From contig CAVYTU010000019.1 in assembly GCA_963771465.1 (NCBI GenBank), forward strand, positions 184,058-248,057: a stretch of 64,000 bases of DNA. The letters run 5' to 3'. Source of the DNA: an uncultured delta proteobacterium (lineage in GTDB: Bacteria; Desulfobacterota; Binatia; UBA9968). The notes beneath the pieces were generated by a model. The model saw only the letters and a program-made list of their open reading frames with translations, was not told the DNA's origin and made no database searches. The number at the start of each line of letters is the position of its first letter. Position 1 is the stretch's first letter. Positions 47,693 to 57,047 of the stretch are shown here, piece by piece. Both the position numbers and the translations under genes were made by a program.

Positions 47693-48859
47693 TCACGCCA
47701 CCTTCTTCTCTTTGCCGAAAAGGCCGATGCGCTCATTGATGACCTCGAACTCGATTAATCGATTCTTACTCTGATCGCGCACCAAGCCGAGGGGCTCGCC
47801 ACCGTTGCGCACGATGTCGATCTGCTCGCGCAGGATTTTTCTCAGCAGAATGATGCCCTCGTCGCCGACGCCGAGATGCTCCTGGGTGCGGTCGGTGGGC
47901 GCGCCCTGAGTTTCCCAGGCCATCGCGTCCTGAACCAAGACTTGATCGAGCCGGTACTCGCCTTTCTCATCGCGAATCGGAAAATATTCCCAAGGCGTGT
48001 CGCCGTCCGCCGGCGAGCGCTCATTCTCGCTGGGAGAAAAATAGACGACAAAGACCTGCGTATGCGCGTCGTCCACAGGCACGCGCACCTGCAAATTATG
48101 GCGCACTCGACCCGTGAGCAGTCGCTCTCTAAACACATGGCGCAAGGTGCTCGGAAAGAGCAGTGGATGCTGGTCGATAATGGGCGCGTCGCCAGGTTTT
48201 TTTCCCGGCGTGACGCGCCGTTTCATGATGCCGTATTCGAAGGGCGTGAATTCGTGATTCTCTTCATAGTGGTCCACGGTGGGAGCCAAATGCGCCGTGT
48301 CACCGTGCAGCCAATAGAGATGCGACGGGTCCACCGAATTCTCCGTCGGCTGAAGCCAATTGCAATTATAGACTTCGTGCTTCTCGATCCAGCGTTTGCC
48401 ATCCTCCCAGCACAGCACGTCCCAGCGCGGCAGCAACGGCCGCGGCTCCGGTCCCATATAGGTCCAGATCAATCCACCCAGGCGCTCGGCCGGATAGGCC
48501 GTATGTTTGATTTTGTCCTTGAATCCGCCTTCGATGGGCTCGGCGGGCTGTTCGAGACACTTTCCCGTGCCGTCGAATTTCCACCCGTGATATGGACAGC
48601 GAATGCCGTCGGCGTCGACACGGCCGAATGCCAGCGACGCTTTGCGGTGCGAACATTGTTCGGCGACCACGCCATAGCGGCCGCTTTTATCGCGATAGAC
48701 GACAAGGTTTTCACCCAGCAGCCGAAACGCTTTGATCGGCTTCTCGTCGGATAACTCGCCGGCGCAGGCAGCCGGCAACCAGTAGCGCCGCAAGAACTCG
48801 CCGCCCGGCGTGCCGCGGCCGACCCGCGTCAATGTTTCATTCTCTTCGCGTGTGAGCAT
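47693..48859 (-). CDS. Rieske non-heme iron oxygenase
   Basis: CSH...CPYH; ENSVDPSHLYWLH; QDAMAWETQG. Confidence 0.9.
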   Translation of the reverse strand: MLTREENETLTRVGRGTPGGEFLRRYWLPAACAGELSDEKPIKAFRLLGENLVVYRDKSGRYGVVAEQCSHRKASLAFGRVDADGIRCPYHGWKFDGTGKCLEQPAEPIEGGFKDKIKHTAYPAERLGGLIWTYMGPEPRPLLPRWDVLCWEDGKRWIEKHEVYNCNWLQPTENSVDPSHLYWLHGDTAHLAPTVDHYEENHEFTPFEYGIMKRRVTPGKKPGDAPIIDQHPLLFPSTLRHVFRERLLTGRVRHNLQVRVPVDDAHTQVFVVYFSPSENERSPADGDTPWEYFPIRDEKGEYRLDQVLVQDAMAWETQGAPTDRTQEHLGVGDEGIILLRKILREQIDIVRNGGEPLGLVRDQSKNRLIEFEVINERIGLFGKEKKVA

Positions 48860-48868
48860 GTCCGGCTC

Positions 48869-49990
48869 CTATTTCTTTTCCACGACTGCCATAATCTCTC
48901 GCGCCAAGTCGAAGATCGGTTTCATATCGCCGTATTCGGGTTTCACCACGTCGAAATATTTGACTCCGGGCTGCAGCCGATTGTCCGGCGGAATGTCGTC
49001 TTTGGGAATATCGATGCGTCGCGAGTTGGCCGCATCGTCCGGGTCGCCGAGCTTCTGCAGCGCGATCTGTCCCTTGCGCGACAAAAACCAGTTGAGAAAA
49101 ACCTTTGCCGCATTTGGATGCGGTGCTTGATTCAAATAGCTCACCGAGCCACCGCCGGCGGAAAAGCTCGATCCCTCTTTCCATTTGTTGGTATCAAAAT
49201 CTTCCACCGGCAGCCCCTGATTTTTCGCCCGTGCCGAATCCTTGCAGCCCATGCAGATGGCGAACTTACCCGCGGCCAGCCAATCGGTCATCTGACGAAA
49301 GTTCTTAGCATAGGTGATTTCCATACCACCGAAAAATTTCTTCATGTACTCTGGGCCGAGTTCCGGGCTGTAATACCAGAACTGCATGGTCGCGCCCAAT
49401 CCCGTGTCGCGCGGGTCGAGGGAGACGATTCTGCCTTTCCACTTCGGATTAGTCACGTCCTGATAGGACTTGAACTCGTTCGGGTTCACCATCTTGGCGT
49501 TATAGGCCAGCTGCGCGTTGCTCGCCGAACCGATGAAGGCAAAAATGTGTTTTCCCTCCGGATCAGCATAACGATGTTCGTTGCCCCACCACTTGGTCAA
49601 GTCAATGACCTCGGGCAATATCAGTAATGGCTTGAGCGGATCGAGCGCTTTGCCTTTGTACAGTGTGTTGAACAAACTGTTTGTACCGCCGCTATATACG
49701 TCAGCGATGAATCTGCCGGCGCGCCGTTCCGCCATGATGCGGTTGGTCAACTCATTGCCGCGACCGGTAACAGCGACGACGTTAATGCCGGGAAACTCGC
49801 GCTTGAAATCCTGCAGCAACCCTTCATAGCGGTAAATGTAAACGTTGACTTGTCCTTCCTTGCGCGCCGCGGCGAGCGTTTGCTCCCAATCCCTTTTCCA
49901 GTCGGATTGAGCCGCTTGCGTGGGCGTCGACAACAGGAAGAATGACAACGCTGCCAAGAACGAACTTATATTAACGCGACGATTCATCAT
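48869..49990 (-). CDS. Extracellular solute-binding protein (AfuA/FbpA-like), tandem triplet member
   Basis: Signal from MMNRR; VNVYIYRYEG, FAICMGCKD, PHPNAAKVF. Confidence 0.85.
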   Translation of the reverse strand: MMNRRVNISSFLAALSFFLLSTPTQAAQSDWKRDWEQTLAAARKEGQVNVYIYRYEGLLQDFKREFPGINVVAVTGRGNELTNRIMAERRAGRFIADVYSGGTNSLFNTLYKGKALDPLKPLLILPEVIDLTKWWGNEHRYADPEGKHIFAFIGSASNAQLAYNAKMVNPNEFKSYQDVTNPKWKGRIVSLDPRDTGLGATMQFWYYSPELGPEYMKKFFGGMEITYAKNFRQMTDWLAAGKFAICMGCKDSARAKNQGLPVEDFDTNKWKEGSSFSAGGGSVSYLNQAPHPNAAKVFLNWFLSRKGQIALQKLGDPDDAANSRRIDIPKDDIPPDNRLQPGVKYFDVVKPEYGDMKPIFDLAREIMAVVEKK

Positions 49991-50143
49991 GCGTGACTTT
50001 TCTCTACTCCGATCGAGCTTCGATTCAATTTGCTTCACCGGCAGGATTTTTCCCCATGGTCTCTCTAATGTCAACCAGGCAGTTGAGCCGATTTTTTGCA
50101 TCACACGCTGCGTAGAACGTGAAAACCTGGCAAGCCTTTTCAA

Positions 50144-51271
50144 CTACTTCTTTGCTTCGTTGGCGGTCATGATTTCCTTGATGAGATCGGCGACCGGCTT
50201 CACTTCCGAGTACTCCGGTTTGATCACGTCGAAATACTTTCCGTCGGGCGCCAGGCGATTGGCGGGCGGAACATCATCTTTTGGAATATCGATACGCCGC
50301 GAATTGGGTGGTTCGTCCACGTCGCCCAGTTTCTGCAACGCGATCTGCCCACGCCGCGAGAGAAACCAGTTGATAAATACCTTGGCCGCGTTGGGGTGCG
50401 GCGCCTGATTCAAAAAGCTCAACGAGCCACCGCCGGCGGTAAAACTCGCTCCCTCTTTCCACTTGGTCGTCTCGAAATCTTCCACCGGCAGTCCCTGATT
50501 CTTAGCTTTCATGGAATCCTTGCAGCCAAAGCAAACCGCGTAGCGGCCCTGGGCCAGCCAGTCGGTGATTTGCCGGAAATTCCTCGAAAACTGGGTATCC
50601 ATGGTGCCAAAAAACTTTTTGATGAATTCCGGGCCGAGATCCGGATTGTAGTAGAAAAACTGCATGGCGCCGCCCAATCCGCCGTCGCGCGGATCGAGCG
50701 ACACGATCTTGCCTTTCCACTTCGATTGCGTGAGATCCCAATAGGATTTGATTTCTTTCGGATTAACCAGAGCCGAGTTAAAAGCTAGTTGCGTATCACT
50801 GCCCTTGGCTAGGTAGGCAAAGACATGTTTCCCCTCCGGGTCGGCGTATCGGTGCTCCTTGCCATACCACTTCGACTCATCGACGACTTCGGGCAGGCTC
50901 AATAGCGGCTTGATCGGGTCGAGGGCCTTGCCTTTGTAGAGAATGTTAACGTTGCCGCCGGGTCCACTGCTGTAAACATCTGCGATAAATTTACCCGCGC
51001 GGCGCTCCGACATGACGCGATTGGTCAGATCGGTACTCCTGCCCGTGACGGAAATGACGTTGATACTAGGATAGTCACGCTTAAATTCCTGCAGCACGCC
51101 CTCGTAACGATAAATATAGACGTTGACTTGCCCTTCCTTCTTGGCGGCGACGACGGTCTGCTCCCAGTCTTTTTTCAAGTCGGCTTGGGCCGCAAGCGCC
51201 TGCGTCGACAGCAACAAAAGTACTAACGCAACGAAAAGCGATCCGACATTGAGAATTGGACGATTACTCAT
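50144..51271 (-). CDS. Extracellular solute-binding protein (AfuA/FbpA-like), tandem triplet member
   Basis: VNVYIYRYEG, YAVCFGCKD, NSRRIDIPKDD. Confidence 0.85.
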   Translation of the reverse strand: MSNRPILNVGSLFVALVLLLLSTQALAAQADLKKDWEQTVVAAKKEGQVNVYIYRYEGVLQEFKRDYPSINVISVTGRSTDLTNRVMSERRAGKFIADVYSSGPGGNVNILYKGKALDPIKPLLSLPEVVDESKWYGKEHRYADPEGKHVFAYLAKGSDTQLAFNSALVNPKEIKSYWDLTQSKWKGKIVSLDPRDGGLGGAMQFFYYNPDLGPEFIKKFFGTMDTQFSRNFRQITDWLAQGRYAVCFGCKDSMKAKNQGLPVEDFETTKWKEGASFTAGGGSLSFLNQAPHPNAAKVFINWFLSRRGQIALQKLGDVDEPPNSRRIDIPKDDVPPANRLAPDGKYFDVIKPEYSEVKPVADLIKEIMTANEAKK

Positions 51272-51423
51272 AAACGGTTTCCCCGCTCCCATCGAACTTC
51301 AAACCTATCGTTCACCGGCAAAATATTTTCTCACCAGCACCCTAATATCAACCAATCGGTCGGCCCGATGTCATGGCATCACGTACCGGGCAGGACGCGG
51401 CTACGGCTTGCAAACCTATTCGA

Positions 51424-52551
51424 CTACTTCTTCGCTTCGATGGCTGCCATGATTTCCTTCGCGAGATCGGCAATCGGCTTCAAATCGGCATATTCCGGCC
51501 TGACAACGTCGAAATACTTGCCGTCCGCCACCATGCGGTTGGTTGGCGGCACGTCGTCCTTGGGAATGTCGATGCGCCGCGAATTGGGCGGATCGTCGAC
51601 GTCACCCAGTTTCTGCAGCGCGATCTGCCCACGCCGCGACAGAAACCAGTTGATAAATACCTTGGCGGCGTTGGGGTGCGGCGCCTGATTCGGCAAGCTG
51701 ATCGTACCGCCACCCGATGAGAAGCTCGAGCCTTCCTTCCACCGCGTCGTGTCGAAGTCGTCCACCGGAAGTCCCTGGTTCTTGGCTCTCATGGAATCCT
51801 TGCAGCCAAAGCAGATAGCGTAGCGGCCTTGGGCCAACCAGTCGGTCATTTGCCGGAAATTTTTCGCGAACTGGATATCCATGGTGGTGAAAAACTTTTT
51901 GATGAATTCCGGACCGATTTCCGGGTTGTAGTAGAAAAACTGCATGGTGCCGCCCAATCCGCCGTCGCGCGGATCGAGTGACACGATTTTGCCTTTCCAT
52001 TTGGGCTGGGTGACGTCCCAATAGGATTTGAATTCCTTCGGATTGACCAGCGTCGAATTAAAAGCGAGTTGCGCGTCACTGGGACTGGCTAGGTAGGCGA
52101 ACACATACTTACCTTCGCCATCAGCGTAGCGGTGCTCCTTGCCGTACCACTTCGATTCATCGACGACCTCCGGCAGGGTCAACACTGGCTTGATCGGGTC
52201 GAGAGCCTTGCCTTTATAGAGAACATTGTAGTTGCCGCCGGTGCCGGCGCTATAAACGTCCGCAATATACTTACCGGCCCGCCGCTCCGACATGACCCGG
52301 GTGGTCAACTCATTACCCCGCCCGGCAACCGTTACTACGTTGATATCGGGAAACTCCCGCTTGAAATCCTGCAATACGCCTTCATATCGGTAGATATAGA
52401 CGGTGACCTGCCCTTCCTTTTTGGCGGCGGCGACGGTCTGTTCCCAATCTTTTTTCCAATCTAGCTGGGCGCCAAGAACTTCAGCCGCCAGTGCTATTAT
52501 GAAGGTCGCGGCAGTACCGATTGTCGTGTGCGTCAGTCTATTCGATCCCAT
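51424..52551 (-). CDS. Extracellular solute-binding protein (AfuA/FbpA-like), tandem triplet member
   Basis: VTVYIYRYEG, YAICFGCKD; very similar to 50144-51271. Confidence 0.85.
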   Translation of the reverse strand: MGSNRLTHTTIGTAATFIIALAAEVLGAQLDWKKDWEQTVAAAKKEGQVTVYIYRYEGVLQDFKREFPDINVVTVAGRGNELTTRVMSERRAGKYIADVYSAGTGGNYNVLYKGKALDPIKPVLTLPEVVDESKWYGKEHRYADGEGKYVFAYLASPSDAQLAFNSTLVNPKEFKSYWDVTQPKWKGKIVSLDPRDGGLGGTMQFFYYNPEIGPEFIKKFFTTMDIQFAKNFRQMTDWLAQGRYAICFGCKDSMRAKNQGLPVDDFDTTRWKEGSSFSSGGGTISLPNQAPHPNAAKVFINWFLSRRGQIALQKLGDVDDPPNSRRIDIPKDDVPPTNRMVADGKYFDVVRPEYADLKPIADLAKEIMAAIEAKK

Positions 52552-52562
52552 ATTCACGCTCC

Positions 52563-53504
52563 TTAGCTATAGAGCTGGTCGATGAAACCGGAATGATCAA
52601 GGGTGCGCAGGTAGTGCAAATCCCACAGCGCCATCGGGCTCTGCTCTTCGGCCTCGGGATTCTTCAAGCAGCAGAGTTTGTACGCGTTGGCCACCGCTTC
52701 ATGCTCGGGGTAGGGTTTTGGCGACAATTTGGAGACGGCACGATACTGGACGTTTTTACATTCGGGCTCGCGTTGGCGCAGGCCGTCGAGAATAGCTTCA
52801 GTCTCGCCGCGGCGCGTGCGCGCGAAGTGAATGCCCATCACCTGGGCTTTGACCAACCGCTCAGCCAAGCCTGCTTTTTTCTGCAACGTCGTCAGCGTCG
52901 AAGTCAGCGTCGGCCCATTGATCATCGGCAGCCGGTCTAACTGAAGCACATGCATGCCCGCCTGCTCAAACTTGTCCGTGTTACCAGTGACGAAGAGAGC
53001 GTCGACTTTTTTTGTTTTAAGCACGTCCATCTGCATCGCTTTGAATTCGTTGTTCGATTCCGACAGCTCGACCCATTCGACATCGGTCAATTTCAAACCG
53101 CCGCGCATGACGTAGAGCATGTGATTGCCGCGCGGGTGATGATAGCCGCCGATGGAATCGACCAGGGTCGTGTCGCCGATTTTTTTGCCGCGCAACTCAG
53201 AGACTAGTTTGATGGGGAAGTTCGTCACCAAACGGTCGTTGGTGGTGTTCGACGGCGACGTGAGACAAACGATCGGTTTGCCGCGCTTGACGAGCAAATA
53301 GGGAGAAATGTGATTGCCCGAGACAAAATCAACATCGCCACCGAACAAAGCCTTCTCGGCGGCTTCCGAGCTATCGCAGAATTCGAAAGTGACCTTGAGC
53401 CCATTCTTCTCCCACATCCCCGACTTCTCCATCACCTCCCAAATCGGCAAGTGCGAATGGGACCGATAGAACCCGTGTATCTCCATGATCTTTTGCTCTA
53501 ACAT
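52563..53504 (-). CDS. NMT1/THI5-fold protein lacking a signal peptide
   Basis: AAGGAG RBS; MLEQKIMEIHGFYRSHSH, ELRGKKIG, PYPEHEAVAN, LWDLHY..LDHSGFID; homolog of 22096-23022. Confidence 0.7.
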   Translation of the reverse strand: MLEQKIMEIHGFYRSHSHLPIWEVMEKSGMWEKNGLKVTFEFCDSSEAAEKALFGGDVDFVSGNHISPYLLVKRGKPIVCLTSPSNTTNDRLVTNFPIKLVSELRGKKIGDTTLVDSIGGYHHPRGNHMLYVMRGGLKLTDVEWVELSESNNEFKAMQMDVLKTKKVDALFVTGNTDKFEQAGMHVLQLDRLPMINGPTLTSTLTTLQKKAGLAERLVKAQVMGIHFARTRRGETEAILDGLRQREPECKNVQYRAVSKLSPKPYPEHEAVANAYKLCCLKNPEAEEQSPMALWDLHYLRTLDHSGFIDQLYS

Positions 53505-53531
53505 ATTGATCTCCTTTTTAAGCCTTTGATC

Positions 53532-53647
53532 TCACCACGAAGGACACGAAGAGCACGAAGTTCGGAGTCTTAATTATCCAAACACTTCGTGTCCTTCGTG
53601 ATCTTTGTGGTGAATCCTTTTTTTGCGCCCTTTGCGTTCTTTGCTGC
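53532..53647. repeat. REP-like inverted repeat (CACGAAG x3 / CTTCGTG x3) plus CTTTGCG tail
   Basis: tcaccacgaaggacacgaagagcacgaag ... cttcgtgtccttcgtgatctttgtggtga. Confidence 0.7.
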
Positions 53648-53659
53648 CAATTCTCTTAT

Positions 53660-54766
53660 CTACTTCAAAATCTCCTGCAACAGCTTCTGCACCGGGTCGG
53701 GGTCGAGAAATCCGACGACGTTGTACTTCTTGCCTTCGAGCCGCCGTGCTTCCGGCAGTACGTCCTCTTTAGGAATGTCGATCCGCATGGAATCCGACGC
53801 TTCCACTTCTCTCTTATTCATCACGTTTTGCCATACCATCTGGCCCTGGCGCGATAGATACCAGTTGATGAAAACTTTCGCGGCATTGGGATGCGGCGCA
53901 CGATTGACCAGTACGATCACGCTGCTGCCGCCACCGCCGACCGTCAATCCTTCTTTTAACTGTTCCGGCGCGATGTCGTCGACTGGCAGTCCTTGTTTCG
54001 CCGCCTTATCGATATCGCGGCACAGGAGGCAGAGCGGAAACTTGCCGCTCGCCAGCCAATTCGTTCCCTGCGCCCGATCGCGGAACAGCGTCATTTCAGT
54101 CTCTTTGTATAAACGGCGCACAAACTCGGGCCCGACCTCCGGCCGATGATAGAGAATCAGCACCGGCGTCGGCGGCGCCGAGCTGCGTGGGTCCATGCCG
54201 AGCAGCTTGCCTTTCCACTTGGGCTCAAGCAAATCCCAAAACGATTTGATCTCCCCGGGACTCATCATTTTGGTATTGTACGACAGCCCCGTGCTGTTGA
54301 TCGTGCCCTCGAACATGAAGATATGCTGATTTTCCGGATCGGCGTACCAATGCTTGCCGCCATACCATTTCGAAGCGTCGCTAACTTCCGGGAGAATGAA
54401 AGTAGACGAAATCGGATCGAGCGATTTTCCGAGATACAGCATGCGCGGCCCATTGGGCCCGCTCGCCATCACGTCGGCCAAATACCTATCCGCGCGCCGC
54501 TCGGCGGTAATGCGCGTCATCAAATCGGCTGCTCGCCCAGCGACGGAGAGAACTTTGATGAACGGAAACTCTTTGTTGAACGCCGCGATAATGTCTTGAT
54601 GAGTTATCTCCTGTCCGCCGTAGAGCGAAACTTGCCCCTCTTTCTTGGCGGCTTCGATGGTCTTTTGCCATTCTTCTTTCCACTTAGGTGTTTCGGCAGC
54701 AGACGCAGCAGACACAACCACCAATGCCAAGCCAGCCATCCAAAGGATAAAGTTTTTTCTTTGCAT
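53660..54766 (-). CDS. Extracellular solute-binding protein (AfuA/FbpA-like)
   Basis: Signal, AAKKEGQV, FPLCLLCRD, APHPNAAKVFINWYLSRQGQ. Confidence 0.85.
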   Translation of the reverse strand: MQRKNFILWMAGLALVVVSAASAAETPKWKEEWQKTIEAAKKEGQVSLYGGQEITHQDIIAAFNKEFPFIKVLSVAGRAADLMTRITAERRADRYLADVMASGPNGPRMLYLGKSLDPISSTFILPEVSDASKWYGGKHWYADPENQHIFMFEGTINSTGLSYNTKMMSPGEIKSFWDLLEPKWKGKLLGMDPRSSAPPTPVLILYHRPEVGPEFVRRLYKETEMTLFRDRAQGTNWLASGKFPLCLLCRDIDKAAKQGLPVDDIAPEQLKEGLTVGGGGSSVIVLVNRAPHPNAAKVFINWYLSRQGQMVWQNVMNKREVEASDSMRIDIPKEDVLPEARRLEGKKYNVVGFLDPDPVQKLLQEILK

Positions 54767-54792
54767 TCTTTCTCCAGGCAGCTATCTCACGC

Positions 54793-55830
54793 CTACTTGA
54801 TGACCTTATCCGCCCGATAAAGCACCGACTGTGGGATCGTCACGCCGATCTGCTTCGCCGTTTTAAGATTAATCACCAGTTCAAATTTCATCGGTTGCTG
54901 CACAGGCAGGTCGGCAGGCTTTGCTCCCTTGAGGATCTTGTCCACGTAAGTGGCCGCGCGCCGCCATTGATCGCGCCGATCATGTCCGTAAGCAATGAGA
55001 CCACCGGCCTCAGACCACTCGAGGTTGCCACTTATCGTTGGAATGCGAACTTTGGCCGCAAGATCTAAGAGTTCTCGTCGATGAGGATTCGTAAAAGCGC
55101 CGCTAAAGATAATAAGCGCCTGCGCCCGTTCCTTGGTCATCACCGCAAACGCGCGCTGAAATTGCTCAGGTTCGAGCACATGCAAGGGTTGAATCTCCAC
55201 TCCCAATTTCTTCGCCGCGGTCTGAGTCTCTCTCAACTCTTCCTGATCTCCGCCCGGACCGCCATGGTAAAGAACCGCCACACGCGAAACTTTGGGAAGT
55301 GCCTCCTTAAGAAGTTGCAGCCGCTTGGCGCTTAAATCCGGGTCGATGTTAGTGAACCCCGTTACGTTTCCGCCCGGTCGCGCCAGGCTGGCAACCAGGC
55401 CCTCGCCGACAAGATCGCCAGCGCCACCGACAACAATAGGAATCGTGTTGGTTGTTTGCTTGGCAGCGACGGTTGCTGCCGTGCCCTGGGTTACGATGAT
55501 ATCCACACCCAGACTGACGAGCTCGGCTGCGAAGATAGCGTAGCGCTCCTCTTTACCTTCGGCAAAGCGGTACTCAAACAGGATGCTTTGCCCCTCGATA
55601 TAACCTAACTCCCGCAATCCCTGGCGAAATACCTCAATAGTAGGTGGCATCGGAGAAGAACGGTTGCTGGAGAGCAAGCCAATCCGGTGAACTTTCTTCG
55701 CCTGCTGTGCCTCGGCTGGAATGCCAAGCGCCAAGAGCATAAACATCAGAGCAACGGAAGTGATCTTCGTATTCAACGTTTTTTCACTCTTTTTCAATAT
55801 CCGTGTCTGCTTCCCGCGATCCAAAATCAT
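54793..55830 (-). CDS. ABC transporter substrate-binding protein (ABC_sub_bind, PF04392-type)
   Basis: AQQAKKVHRIGLL, SLARPGGNVTG, ADLPVQQP, RADKVIK; start uncertain. Confidence 0.88.
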   Translation of the reverse strand: MILDRGKQTRILKKSEKTLNTKITSVALMFMLLALGIPAEAQQAKKVHRIGLLSSNRSSPMPPTIEVFRQGLRELGYIEGQSILFEYRFAEGKEERYAIFAAELVSLGVDIIVTQGTAATVAAKQTTNTIPIVVGGAGDLVGEGLVASLARPGGNVTGFTNIDPDLSAKRLQLLKEALPKVSRVAVLYHGGPGGDQEELRETQTAAKKLGVEIQPLHVLEPEQFQRAFAVMTKERAQALIIFSGAFTNPHRRELLDLAAKVRIPTISGNLEWSEAGGLIAYGHDRRDQWRRAATYVDKILKGAKPADLPVQQPMKFELVINLKTAKQIGVTIPQSVLYRADKVIK

Positions 55831-57017
55831 TTTCGTCTCTGCTCCAGCACTTCCTTGACGAACTTGCTGATCGGCGCCTGATCCATCCACTCGGCGCGGT
55901 CGACGAAGGGGTAGCGATTTTCATCCGCGCCGTCGGGGCGGCGGTTGCCGCGCGGTACTTTGTCTTTCGGAATATCAATACGCAGCGAATCGGGTCCTTC
56001 GTCGCCGGTAGTAAAGATACGTTGGTACGCGATCTGCCCCTCACGCGAGAGCAGCCAGTTGAGCGCGAGCTTGGCGGCGTTGGGATGCGGCGGTTTGTTG
56101 ATTAATGCCGCGCCGCCGGAGCCGGCGGTGAGATACGCGCCTTCTTTCAAATGATCGGGATCGAACCAATTAACCGGCAGACCTTGCGTTTGCATCAAGT
56201 CGATATCCATTCGCCCCACCGGCGCGAAGATCGAGATCGCAAATTTTCCGCCGGCCAGCCAATCGCCCATCTGGCGCGTGTCGGGACTGATTACAATATC
56301 GGTTTCGGTTAGCATGCGCCGGATGAATTCTCGGCCGAGGTTTTTGCTGTAAAAGAAAAACCGCATGGCGTCGCCCGAACCGCCCAGCGTCGGATCGTAG
56401 CCGACGATCTTGCCTTTCCACTTAGGTTGGAGCAAATCCCAGTACGAGTTGATCTCTTTCGGATTCACCAGCTTGGTGTTGTAGGCGACCACGATGCGCG
56501 TGCCGCCGTTGAAATTGAACAGATATCTACTTTCCGGGTCGACGTAGTGATGTTTTTTCTGCCACCACTTCGATACATCGGTAACTTCCGGCAATACCAG
56601 CACGGGCGGGATCGGATCGAGCGCTTTGGCTTTGTAGAAAACATTGTACCCTGTCGTGAGGCCATTTAAGTAAACGTCGGCGAGAAATTTATCCGCGCGC
56701 CGCTCGGCCATCAGCCGCTTCGCCGCATCCGCGCCGCGATTGAACACGCCGGTGATCTTGATCTCGGGATATTTTTTGTGAAACTCGCCGTAAAGCGCCT
56801 CGAAATCCGGGCTGCCGTAAATCGTCAACTGCCCTTCCTTCTTCGCCGCCTCGACAGTTTTGTCCCAGTCGGCTTTCCATGCATCGACCTGAGCGGCGAG
56901 CGCCGTCGACGCGCCGAACCAAAAAAAGCAAACGACAGCGACAATCGATAGTCTCATCAACATCACTTGGTACGCCCGAACGATCACCCTCTGGAGCGAG
57001 GAGAGCTGTCCCTTCAT
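55827..57017 (-). CDS. Extracellular solute-binding protein (AfuA/FbpA-like)
   Basis: WDKTVEAAKKEG, PHPNAAKLALNWLLSREGQ; true start between 56957 and 57017, not 57263. Confidence 0.82.
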   Translation of the reverse strand: MKGQLSSLQRVIVRAYQVMLMRLSIVAVVCFFWFGASTALAAQVDAWKADWDKTVEAAKKEGQLTIYGSPDFEALYGEFHKKYPEIKITGVFNRGADAAKRLMAERRADKFLADVYLNGLTTGYNVFYKAKALDPIPPVLVLPEVTDVSKWWQKKHHYVDPESRYLFNFNGGTRIVVAYNTKLVNPKEINSYWDLLQPKWKGKIVGYDPTLGGSGDAMRFFFYSKNLGREFIRRMLTETDIVISPDTRQMGDWLAGGKFAISIFAPVGRMDIDLMQTQGLPVNWFDPDHLKEGAYLTAGSGGAALINKPPHPNAAKLALNWLLSREGQIAYQRIFTTGDEGPDSLRIDIPKDKVPRGNRRPDGADENRYPFVDRAEWMDQAPISKFVKEVLEQRRK

Positions 57018-57047
57018 TTTCAATTCTCCATTTTCCATTCTCAATTT
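57013..57047. repeat. Heptamer tandem repeat x5 (TCCATTY family)
   Basis: ttcattt tcaattc tccattt tccattc tcaattt; spans a stop codon and a possible start codon. Confidence 0.65.
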
